Source of the DNA: Rhodospirillaceae bacterium
Lineage (GTDB): Bacteria > Pseudomonadota > Alphaproteobacteria > Azospirillales > Azospirillaceae
DNA: 64,000 nucleotides
Reading direction: 5' to 3'
Assembly: GCA_037147415.1 (NCBI GenBank)
Contig: JBAWVF010000004.1
Coordinates: 1,112-65,111, forward strand
Shown: in pieces, positions 23,070 to 30,505 of the stretch
How the letters are laid out: each line of letters opens with the position of its first letter
Numbering within the stretch: position 1 is the stretch's first letter
Notes under the pieces: generated by a model
Told to the model about the DNA's origin: nothing
Seen by the model: the letters and a program-made list of their open reading frames with translations, nothing else
The model's database searches: none
Program-made: the position numbers and the translations under genes

Positions 23070-23951
23070 ATGCTGCTTCAGCAACTCGTCAACGGGCTGG
23101 TGTTGGGGTCAACCTATGCGCTGTTCGCGCTGGGTTTTACCCTGATCTTCGGTGTACTGCGCATTATCAACCTGACCTACGGCTTTTACTTTTCGGTTGG
23201 GGCCTTCGTTGCGCTATGGCTGGCGCGCTCGGTCGGGGCTTCGGTCTGGCTGGCCTTGCCCGGCGGCGCGCTGGCGGCCGGGTTGGTGGCGGTGGTGCTG
23301 GATAGCCTGCTGCTGACCCGGTTGCGCCATGCCAAGGCGGGAGAACTGTCCTCGCTGATGGTGACCTTGGGCGCGGTGCTGGCGCTCTATTCCGCGATGG
23401 CGGCGCTGTTGGGCACGGAAATCCGGCGCTTTCCCTTCGGCTTTGTCGGCTCGGCGGCGCTGGAGGCGGGCGGGGTTCGGCTGTCGCTGGTGCAGATTGT
23501 GATTGTCGGCACCGCGTTCACCCTGGCGGCGCTGTTGTTCCTGGTGCTGCGCTATAGCCGGCTTGGTTTGATGATCCGGGCGCTGGCCGAGAATGAAGAC
23601 GTCGCCCGCTTGATGGGCATCGATGTTGATGCCATGGTGGTTGCGGTTTCGTTTCTGTCGGGGGTTCTGGGCGGGACCGCCGGCGTGCTGCTCGGGCTGA
23701 ATTTCAACGCGATTCAGCCCTTCATGGGCGAGGCCATGATGCTGCGCGGCTTTGCCGTCATCATCATCGGCGGCTTGGGCGATGTTCGCGGCGCCCTGGT
23801 CGCCGGGGTGACGCTGGGCGTGCTGGAGGTGCTGACCGCAGGCTATGTCTCCTCCAACGCCAAGGAGGCGGTCGGCTTCGCGATTCTGGTGCTGACCTTG
23901 TGGCTGCGCCCGGTCGGTCTGTTCGGCCGCGCGGCCATAAAGCGCGCGTGA
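23070..23951 (+). CDS. livH: Branched-chain amino acid ABC transporter permease LivH-type
   Basis: MLLQQLVNGLVLGSTYALFALGFTLIFGV is a LivH N-terminus. The C-terminus LWLRPVGLFGRAAIKRA is the canonical LivH ending. Confidence 0.92.
   Translation: MLLQQLVNGLVLGSTYALFALGFTLIFGVLRIINLTYGFYFSVGAFVALWLARSVGASVWLALPGGALAAGLVAVVLDSLLLTRLRHAKAGELSSLMVTLGAVLALYSAMAALLGTEIRRFPFGFVGSAALEAGGVRLSLVQIVIVGTAFTLAALLFLVLRYSRLGLMIRALAENEDVARLMGIDVDAMVVAVSFLSGVLGGTAGVLLGLNFNAIQPFMGEAMMLRGFAVIIIGGLGDVRGALVAGVTLGVLEVLTAGYVSSNAKEAVGFAILVLTLWLRPVGLFGRAAIKRA
23858..23919. repeat. Direct repeat copy 1 (inside the livH 3' end)
   Basis: The 62 nt cgccaaggaggcggtcggcttcgcgattctggtgctgaccttgtggctgcgcccggtcggtc are identical to 24368-24429. 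Weaker similarity continues for about 10 nt (ttcggc). Confidence 0.9.
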
Positions 23952-24367
23952 AGCCGGTCTTGACTCGCCGCCCCCGTTCGCGGCAGACTGCCAAGCGGCC
24001 GAACCGAGCGTAACACCCGCCCGGCCCGGCCTGATCATTATCATCCCGACGACGAAAGACGACAATGACTGTCGCGACTCTTATCACGGGCGCGCGTTCA
24101 CGCACAGCCCCCCGTTGCAAACCGGACCCGCCTGATCGCGTCTCGGATAGCGTTCCCATGTGAACGCTGACTGAAGGTGCGCGGGCGGTTCCCTGTCTTG
24201 CGTCGTCACGTCACCGGAGCCTTGACAAAAAGATGGGGGCGACCGGAGCGGAACGTTGCGTGTGCGGGCGAACCCGGTTTCAGAGGGATCGGAAGTCGAA
24301 GGTGCGGTGCCCGTGAAGCCCTGCGCCGCCGCCCGTGCGCCGCCGATTCCCCCTTTCACCTGGGGCT

Positions 24368-24429
24368 CGCCAAGGAGGCGGTCGGCTTCGCGATTCTGGT
24401 GCTGACCTTGTGGCTGCGCCCGGTCGGTC
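24368..24429. repeat. Direct repeat copy 2 (ectopic copy of the livH 3' end)
   Basis: Perfect 62-nt match to 23858-23919, located 510 bp downstream of copy 1. Confidence 0.9.
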
Positions 24430-24500
24430 CATTCGGCGGACGCTTCTTCTCGACTGAAAAATGTCCATGGGCTAAAATCGAAACACCAGGTGAGGCATAG
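24368..24500 (+). pseudogene. Orphan livH 3'-end fragment (duplicated tail with divergent ending)
   Basis: It encodes KEAVGFAILVLTLWLRPVG, then a non-LivH tail (PFGGRFFSTEKCPWAKIETPGEA). No upstream LivH sequence is attached. Confidence 0.6.
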
Positions 24501-24512
24501 CCTGACCTGGTG
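24484..24512. other. Near-perfect palindromic hairpin upstream of the Abi-like gene
   Basis: The sequence is caccaggt-g-aggc-ata-gcct-g-acctggtg, located 78 nt upstream of the ATG at 24590. It has no T-run. It could be an operator, a transcription stop or an RNA element. Confidence 0.4.
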
Positions 24513-24589
24513 CTCTGGGAACTATGTTGGCGGCGCATAGCAAAGCCAGTGGGGCCGATCAACTGCTCAACCAAACAATAGGCGAGTGA

Positions 24590-25663
24590 ATGGCGGAAAG
24601 TCAAGTCCCATACCCCAACCATGCCTATCAGATCACCGCTCTGCGATCAGCGCTCTCCGAACCGAGATTTAAGGCCTATCTCGCGAAAGGCGGTTACGAC
24701 GAGCAGTACGCTCTGGCTCTGTATCTCTACAATGTCAGGGTTGCCAAAGCCTTTATGTTCCCGCTCGGGGTCGCGGAAGTCACATTGCGCAACGCGATTG
24801 ATAAGAGGTTTGTCGATGTCTACGACAAGAACTGGCACAGGGATCTGCGCGTTCGGGATTCGGTGCTGACCCCGGAGAGCTTGAACGCGCTCGACAAAGC
24901 CATCACTCGTGCCGGAAACAACGCCGACCACGGGCAGGTGGTCGCCGAGTTGACATTTGACTTCTGGTCAAACTTACTGCGGCCTGACTATGGCTCATTC
25001 TGGCGAACGAACCTCAACATCGTCTTTCCGAATATCCAGCGCGGCAGGTTGCGTCACGATGTTCAGTTAATGGTCAAGGAAATCAACGTCTTCCGCAATC
25101 GGGTCGCCCACCATGAACCGGTTTTAGACCGCAATATCACAGACATTCACGCAAAAATAGTCGAGATCGTGTCGCTGCGATGCAAAGAAACAGCAGCTTG
25201 GCTCAAGCATCACTCCACAGTGAGTGCGGCTATCCGGACTCGGCCACACGGACCGGCCGCCGGATTTATGTCACTGCGCGACCGGATGGCTCGAGACTTC
25301 GTAAAGGTTCTGGGAACGACCAAACTTGACAGCCTTGCCAGCAGCTTCGATCATACCAAGCAAGCTGCCGTTCGCATAGACAGCGTTGGCGCACCGACGG
25401 CAGCTTTTGGCCCCCTTGAACTGGTCAGCTTCGTATCCCTTGACCTCCAAAAGAACGGTGGCATTACAATGCTTGCCGAGCGAACTGTTGATGATCTTTT
25501 CACCGCGATCAACGTGGCGGGAAGCTGGATTCCGATGGATGAAAGCACGCCGCTGGCCGAAGCCATCGATGCCCTGAAGCAGCAAGGAACGAACATCATC
25601 GTCGGAGTGGATGCCCAGGGTAGAGCCGTTGGGGTGCTGACGCGCGCTTGGCGCCGGTACTGA
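24590..25663 (+). CDS. Abi_2 (AbiD/AbiF-like, HEPN) domain protein with C-terminal CBS pair
   Basis: Abi_2 hallmarks are LSEPRFKAYL, ALALYLYNVRVAKAF, EVTLRNAI and AELTFDFWSNLL. INVFRNRVAHHEPV carries the HEPN Rx4H motif (R169..H174, nt 25094-25111). Residues about 225-357 read as two CBS repeats, for example RTVDDLFTAINVAGSWIPMDESTPLAEAIDALKQQGTNIIVGVDAQGRAVGVLTRA. Confidence 0.85.
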   Translation: MAESQVPYPNHAYQITALRSALSEPRFKAYLAKGGYDEQYALALYLYNVRVAKAFMFPLGVAEVTLRNAIDKRFVDVYDKNWHRDLRVRDSVLTPESLNALDKAITRAGNNADHGQVVAELTFDFWSNLLRPDYGSFWRTNLNIVFPNIQRGRLRHDVQLMVKEINVFRNRVAHHEPVLDRNITDIHAKIVEIVSLRCKETAAWLKHHSTVSAAIRTRPHGPAAGFMSLRDRMARDFVKVLGTTKLDSLASSFDHTKQAAVRIDSVGAPTAAFGPLELVSFVSLDLQKNGGITMLAERTVDDLFTAINVAGSWIPMDESTPLAEAIDALKQQGTNIIVGVDAQGRAVGVLTRAWRRY

Positions 25664-25729
25664 GGCCAATCATTCAGACAATGTCCGCTTTCCGACGCCG
25701 CCGTTGGTCTCGTCAATAGCCGCCACGGA

Positions 25730-25754
25730 CCCGAACCGGACCGTCCGGTTCGGG
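25730..25754 (+). terminator. Strong hairpin downstream of the Abi-like gene
   Basis: cccgaaccgga-ccg-tccggttcggg forms a perfect 11-bp stem 67 nt after the stop. There is no T-run. Confidence 0.4.
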
Positions 25755-25862
25755 GACCCGCTGGAGCAGCGGATTTCAAACCGAGACACGACTCTGATGG
25801 CCGGAGACTCGCAAGTCGAGCGGAAGTAGGGTATTCTGAGCTGGAACGACGGAGAAGACCCC

Positions 25863-26075
25863 ATGTCCGACGACGAACTGAAGGCGATGCTGGTTAAGCT
25901 GGTCGCCAAGATCGATGAGGAAGCGGCCAGGAATGCCGACTTCCGCGCCGGTGTGGACAGTCAATTGGCCTGTATCAACGCCCGCCTCACCGGCATCGAC
26001 AAGCGCCAGGATGACCAGAACGCCATTCTTGCCGCAATGATTCCGGTCAAAATTGCCGCTGTCGGTGGACGATAG
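25863..26075 (+). CDS. Small hypothetical protein (70 aa), predicted coiled coil
   Basis: The ATG is preceded by GGAGAAG with a 5-nt spacer. The sequence is helical and charged (MSDDELKAMLVKLVAKIDEEAARNADFRAGVDSQLACINARLTGIDKRQDDQN). The stop lies 5 nt before the livM ATG. No known family is recognised. Confidence 0.45.
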   Translation: MSDDELKAMLVKLVAKIDEEAARNADFRAGVDSQLACINARLTGIDKRQDDQNAILAAMIPVKIAAVGGR

Positions 26076-26080
26076 GGGCT

Positions 26081-26923
26081 ATGGCGGCTTGGCTGGATAA
26101 TTTTTTCTTTACCTACGAGACGCTGATTCATTCCTTGGGCGTCAACGGCTTGCTGGCGCTGTCGATGTATTGCGTGCTCGCGCTCGGGCAATTGTCGCTG
26201 GGGCAGGCGGCGTTCATGGGCATCGGCGCCTATACCGGGGCGTTGCTGACACTGAAGGCCGGGCTGCCATTCTGGTCGGTGCTGCCGCTGGCGACACTGG
26301 CTCCGGCGCTGGTGGCGCTGATTATCGGCGGGCCGACCTTGCGTCTCAGCGGGGTTTATCTGGCGATTTCGACCATTGCACTGGGGGAGGTGCTCCGTAT
26401 CTTCTACATCAACGCGGAGTCGATCACCGGCGGCGCGCTGGGTCTGTCGGGAATTCCGCGGCTGGCCGGTCCGGGGCTGATTTACGGGCTGTTGCTGGTA
26501 GCCATGCTCGGGTTTTGGCTGGTGGGTCGCTCGCGCATCGGCCGGGCGATGGAGGCCATGCGCGAAGACGAGGTTGCGGCCGGGGTGATGGGGATCAACC
26601 CGCCGCTGTATAAGCTGGGCGCGCTGGTGGTCTCTGCGATGCTGGCCGGGCTGGCCGGCTGTCTGTCGGCGCATGGCAACAGCTTCATCGGTCCGAACGA
26701 GTACGGGTTCGAGACCGCGGTCACCATCCTCAGCTTCGCCCTGCTCGGCGGTATCGGCTCGCCGGTGGCGCCCGTGCTCGGGGCGATCGTGCTGACCGCG
26801 CTGCCCGAACTGTTGCGGCCGTTGCAGGATTTCCGCCTGGTGCTGCACGGGCTGATCATCGTCATGGCGGTGCTGTTTCTGCCCGGCGGTATTCTGCCGT
26901 GGCGCTTGAGGCGGGCGCCATGA
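26081..26923 (+). CDS. livM: Branched-chain amino acid ABC transporter permease LivM-type
   Basis: Polytopic membrane protein. GQLSLGQAAFMGIGAYTGALL is the LivM motif. The stop overlaps the livG start. Confidence 0.9.
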   Translation: MAAWLDNFFFTYETLIHSLGVNGLLALSMYCVLALGQLSLGQAAFMGIGAYTGALLTLKAGLPFWSVLPLATLAPALVALIIGGPTLRLSGVYLAISTIALGEVLRIFYINAESITGGALGLSGIPRLAGPGLIYGLLLVAMLGFWLVGRSRIGRAMEAMREDEVAAGVMGINPPLYKLGALVVSAMLAGLAGCLSAHGNSFIGPNEYGFETAVTILSFALLGGIGSPVAPVLGAIVLTALPELLRPLQDFRLVLHGLIIVMAVLFLPGGILPWRLRRAP

Positions 26924-27687
26924 CGGTGTTGCTGCAAACCCGGTGCCTGACCATGCGGTTTCAAGGCTTGCTCGCGGTCGATGCGGTCGAACTGGAGGTC
27001 ACGGCCGGCGAGGTCCACGGCCTGATCGGACCCAATGGCGCCGGCAAGACCACGGTCTTTAATTTAATCTCCGGTTTGCTGCACCCGACCTCCGGCGGGG
27101 TGGTGCTTGACGGGCACGATGTTTCCGGCTTGCCGTCTCATGCGCGGACCCGGCTCGGGCTGGCGCGCACCTTTCAAAACATCCGGATGTTCGCCGACAT
27201 GACGGTGCTGGAAAACGTCATGACCGGCATGCACTCCCGGCTGAAGGCTTCGGTGGCGGCGGTGCTGCTGCATTTGCCCGGTGTGCGGGCGGAGGAGCGG
27301 GCGGCCAAGGCCCAGGCGCTGGAGTTGCTGGAATTCGTGGCGCTGGCCGATAAGGCGGGGCTGCGCTCCGGTGATTTGTCTTATGGCGAACAAAGGCGGC
27401 TGGAGATCGCGCGGGCGCTGGCGGCGGAGCCGCGGTTATTGCTGCTGGACGAGCCGGCGGCCGGGATGAACCCGGCGGAGACCGACGAGCTGGCGCTGTT
27501 GTTAAAGCGGCTCGGGCCGCTCGGGGTGACTTTGTTGGTGATCGAGCATGACATGGGCTTCATTCTGGATTTGTGCGACCGGATCACCGTACTGAATTTC
27601 GGCTGCAAGATCGCCGAGGGCCGACCGAACGAGATTCGCAACGACCCGGCCGTGATCGAGGCTTATCTGGGGACGCACCTGCAATGA
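26920..27687 (+). CDS. livG: Branched-chain amino acid ABC transporter ATP-binding protein LivG-type
   Basis: Supporting motifs are GLIGPNGAGKTT, LSYGEQRRLEIARAL and LLLLDEPAAGMNP. ATGA overlaps occur with both livM and livF. Confidence 0.92.
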   Translation: MTVLLQTRCLTMRFQGLLAVDAVELEVTAGEVHGLIGPNGAGKTTVFNLISGLLHPTSGGVVLDGHDVSGLPSHARTRLGLARTFQNIRMFADMTVLENVMTGMHSRLKASVAAVLLHLPGVRAEERAAKAQALELLEFVALADKAGLRSGDLSYGEQRRLEIARALAAEPRLLLLDEPAAGMNPAETDELALLLKRLGPLGVTLLVIEHDMGFILDLCDRITVLNFGCKIAEGRPNEIRNDPAVIEAYLGTHLQ

Positions 27688-28415
27688 CCGCACCGACGCC
27701 GTTATTGCAGGTCTCCGGTCTTCGCTTGGGCTATGGCCGGATCATGGCGGTCAAGGGCATCGATCTCGAGGTGCCGGCGGGCGGGGTGGTTTGTCTGATC
27801 GGGGCCAACGGTGCCGGCAAGACCACGACCATGCGCGGCTTGTCCGGGCTGTTGCGGGCCATCGACGGCCGGATCTGCTTCGACGGCACCGATATCACCA
27901 AGAGCGCGGCGCATCGCATCGCTCGTCTGGGGATCCGCCACGTTCCGGAAGGACGGCAGGTTTTCGCCGAAATGTCGGTGGCGGAAAACCTGGCGCTCGG
28001 CGGTTTGCAGGCGCCAAGCTCCCGCGTGTATCAGGAGCGGCGGGAGCGGGTGCTGGAGCGCTTTCCCCTGTTGCGTCAACGGCTGGCGCAATCGGCCGGT
28101 TTGCTCTCGGGCGGCGAACAGCAAATGCTGGCGTTGGCACGGGCGTTGATGGGGGCGCCGCGCTTGTTGTTGCTGGACGAGCCGAGCATGGGGCTGGCGC
28201 CGCTGTTCGTCGAGGAAATCTTCCGCATTATCACCGCGTTGAAGCGCGAGGGCACCACCATTCTGCTGGTTGAACAGAACGCCCGGGTCGCGCTGGAAAT
28301 TGCCGACCATGCCTATGTTCTGGAAAGCGGACGCATTGCCTTGCACGGGCCGGGACCGGAGATTATGCATAACCCACAAGTCGTTGCCGCCTATCTCGGC
28401 GGTTCGAACAAATAA
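27684..28415 (+). CDS. livF: Branched-chain amino acid ABC transporter ATP-binding protein LivF-type
   Basis: Supporting motifs are LIGANGAGKTTT, LSGGEQQMLALARAL and LLLLDEPSMGLAP. The start was trimmed from ORF position 27573 to the ATG overlapping the livG stop. Confidence 0.92.
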   Translation: MTAPTPLLQVSGLRLGYGRIMAVKGIDLEVPAGGVVCLIGANGAGKTTTMRGLSGLLRAIDGRICFDGTDITKSAAHRIARLGIRHVPEGRQVFAEMSVAENLALGGLQAPSSRVYQERRERVLERFPLLRQRLAQSAGLLSGGEQQMLALARALMGAPRLLLLDEPSMGLAPLFVEEIFRIITALKREGTTILLVEQNARVALEIADHAYVLESGRIALHGPGPEIMHNPQVVAAYLGGSNK

Positions 28416-28438
28416 ACGGAAAGGGAGAGAAACAGTCC

Positions 28439-29611
28439 ATGGGCACACAAAAATCACCGCGCACCGCGACGGTTGCCGGCGTACTCCTTGCCGCGTCTTT
28501 GCTCGGGAGCGGGGCGGCAACGGCGGCCGAGCCGGCCGGTCCGATCAAGATCGGGTCTTTCCTGTCGGTGACCGGCGGCGCCTCTTTCCTGGGCGATCCG
28601 GAAAAGAAGACGCTGGAGTTGGAGGTCGCCGAGATCAACAAGCGCGGCGGTGTCCATGGCCGTAAACTCGAGCTGATCACTTATGATGACACCGGCGCCG
28701 CCGACAAGGCGGCCAGCTTCGTCAAGCGGTTGATCGAAAGCGACGGCGTCGATGCGATCGTCGGCGGCAGCACCACCGCCACCACCATGGCGGCGATTCC
28801 GCTGGTGGAAAAGTCCCGGGTGCCGTTCATCTCGCTGGCCGGCGCGGTCGGGATTGTCGAGCCGGTTAAGAAATGGGTGTTCAAGACCCCGCATACCGAC
28901 CGGCTGGCCGCAGAAAAAGTTTTCGAGGATATGCGCAAGCGCGGCATCAAGCGGATCGGCCTGATTTCGGAGGACGCCGGTTTCGGCAAGTCCGGGCGCG
29001 AGCAATCCCTGCTGGTGGCCAAGAATTTCGGCATCGAGATCGTGGCTGACGAGGTTTATTCACCGAAAGACCCCGACACCACGGCGCAATTGACCAAGAT
29101 CAGCCACACGCCGGGGGTTGAGGCTTTATTTAACTTCGGTTTCGGGCAGGGACCGGCGGTGGTGACCCGCAATTACCGCCAACTCGGTTTGACCATGCCG
29201 TTCTATCAGTCGCACGGGGTTGCCTCGAAGGACTTCATCAAGCTGGTCGGCGCGGCCGGAGAGGGCATCCGTCTGCCGGCGACCGGGCTGGCCGTGGTCG
29301 ACCAATTGCCGGCCGGGGATCCGCAAAAGCCGGTGGTGACCATGTATATGGAAGTCTATCGCGATACCTATAAGGCCGATGCCTCGACCTTTGCCGGCTA
29401 TGCTTATGATGGCATCCACATTCTTGAGGAAGCGCTGTTCCACGCTACGGGCACCGACAAGGAGCGGGTGCGCGAGGAAATCGAACGGACGCGCGGCTTT
29501 GTCGGCACGACCGGACTTTACACCATGTCGCCGACCGACCATAACGGGCTGGCGCCGAACTCCTTCCATATGGTCGAAATCCGGAAGGGCGATTGGGCGT
29601 TGCTTGATTAA
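28439..29611 (+). CDS. LIV-type ABC transporter substrate-binding protein (second operon)
   Basis: A signal peptide is followed by IKIGSFLSVTGGASFLGDPEKKTLELEVAEINKRGGVHGRKLELITYDD. GGGAGAG lies upstream of the ATG. Confidence 0.9.
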   Translation: MGTQKSPRTATVAGVLLAASLLGSGAATAAEPAGPIKIGSFLSVTGGASFLGDPEKKTLELEVAEINKRGGVHGRKLELITYDDTGAADKAASFVKRLIESDGVDAIVGGSTTATTMAAIPLVEKSRVPFISLAGAVGIVEPVKKWVFKTPHTDRLAAEKVFEDMRKRGIKRIGLISEDAGFGKSGREQSLLVAKNFGIEIVADEVYSPKDPDTTAQLTKISHTPGVEALFNFGFGQGPAVVTRNYRQLGLTMPFYQSHGVASKDFIKLVGAAGEGIRLPATGLAVVDQLPAGDPQKPVVTMYMEVYRDTYKADASTFAGYAYDGIHILEEALFHATGTDKERVREEIERTRGFVGTTGLYTMSPTDHNGLAPNSFHMVEIRKGDWALLD

Positions 29612-29629
29612 CCGCGGGCCGGGCCGGGA

Positions 29630-30505
29630 ATGTCGTCGCAGTTTCTCCAATATCTGTTTTCCGGGGTTACGGTCGGGGCGATTTATGCGCTGGCCGGGCT
29701 CGGGTTTACGATCATCTACAATGCCAGCCATGTGATTAATTTCGCTCAGGGCGAGTTTATCATGATCGGCGCCATGACCACGGTGTCTTTGACCGGGCTC
29801 GGTGTGCCGCTGGTGGTGGCGGTGCCGCTGGCGGTGCTGGTGACCATGGCGGTCGGGGTGGCGGTGGCCCGCTTCGCCATCCTGCCGGCGCGCGAGGCGT
29901 CCGTGGTGACCCTGATCATCATTACCATCGGCGTCTCGATGATTCTGCGCGGGACGGCGCAGGTGTTGTGGGGCAAGGGCTACCATGCCCTGCCGTCCTT
30001 CAGCGGCGACACTCCCTTTGTCGTGGCGGGCGCGGCGCTGCTGCCGCAAAGCCTGTGGGTGCTCGGCTGTTCCGTGGTGGTGATTGCCGGGCTCGGCTGG
30101 TTTTTCGGCCGCACCCTGTACGGCAAGGCGATGCTGGCGACTTCGTGCAACCGGCTGGCGGCGCGTCTGGTCGGGATCGAGGTCTCAGGCGTGCTGCTGG
30201 CGGCGTTCGGGCTGGCGGCACTGCTCGGCGCGGTCGGCGGCATCGTGATGGCGCCGATCACCTTCACCGCAGCCGATTCCGGTATCATGCTCGGGCTGAA
30301 GGGCTTTGCCGCGGCGGCGCTCGGCGGGCTCGGCAATGGCGCGGGTGCGGTGCTTGGCGGGCTGATCCTGGGCATTTCCGAGGCGATGAGCGCGGGCTAT
30401 CTGTCCTCGTCCTATAAGGAGGCGACCGCCTTCGTCATCATCCTGCTGGTGCTGTTCTTCCGGCCGAACGGCTTGTTCGGACGTGCGGGAGCGGAACGGG
30501 TATGA
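29630..30505 (+). CDS. LivH-type permease (second operon)
   Basis: N-terminus is FLQYLFSGVTVGAIYALAGLGFTIIYNAS. C-terminus is FFRPNGLFGRAGAERV. Confidence 0.9.
   Translation: MSSQFLQYLFSGVTVGAIYALAGLGFTIIYNASHVINFAQGEFIMIGAMTTVSLTGLGVPLVVAVPLAVLVTMAVGVAVARFAILPAREASVVTLIIITIGVSMILRGTAQVLWGKGYHALPSFSGDTPFVVAGAALLPQSLWVLGCSVVVIAGLGWFFGRTLYGKAMLATSCNRLAARLVGIEVSGVLLAAFGLAALLGAVGGIVMAPITFTAADSGIMLGLKGFAAAALGGLGNGAGAVLGGLILGISEAMSAGYLSSSYKEATAFVIILLVLFFRPNGLFGRAGAERV

Noticed and set aside
24170-24367. A possible group II intron 5' end (GTGCG at 24177), or a cobalamin or TPP riboswitch, in the livH-downstream spacer.
   Set aside because: There is no reverse transcriptase ORF and no domain V-like GAGC..GAAA..hairpin. 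There is no B12 box (GCCACTG) and no THI-box core (CTGAGA..ACCTGATCTGGATAATGCCAGCG). Only isolated short resemblances exist.
24177-24500. A 107-aa plus-strand ORF upstream of the Abi-like gene.
   Set aside because: Its only protein-like part is the duplicated LivH tail (KEAVGFAILVLTLWLRPVG). The rest is Arg/Gly-rich GC noise with no SD. It is better described as a pseudogene fragment plus non-coding DNA.
24430-24589. A type III toxin-antitoxin style tandem RNA repeat array upstream of the Abi-like gene, as in ToxIN/AbiQ systems.
   Set aside because: No tandem repeats of 30-40 nt are present. The only structure is a single palindromic hairpin at 24484-24512.
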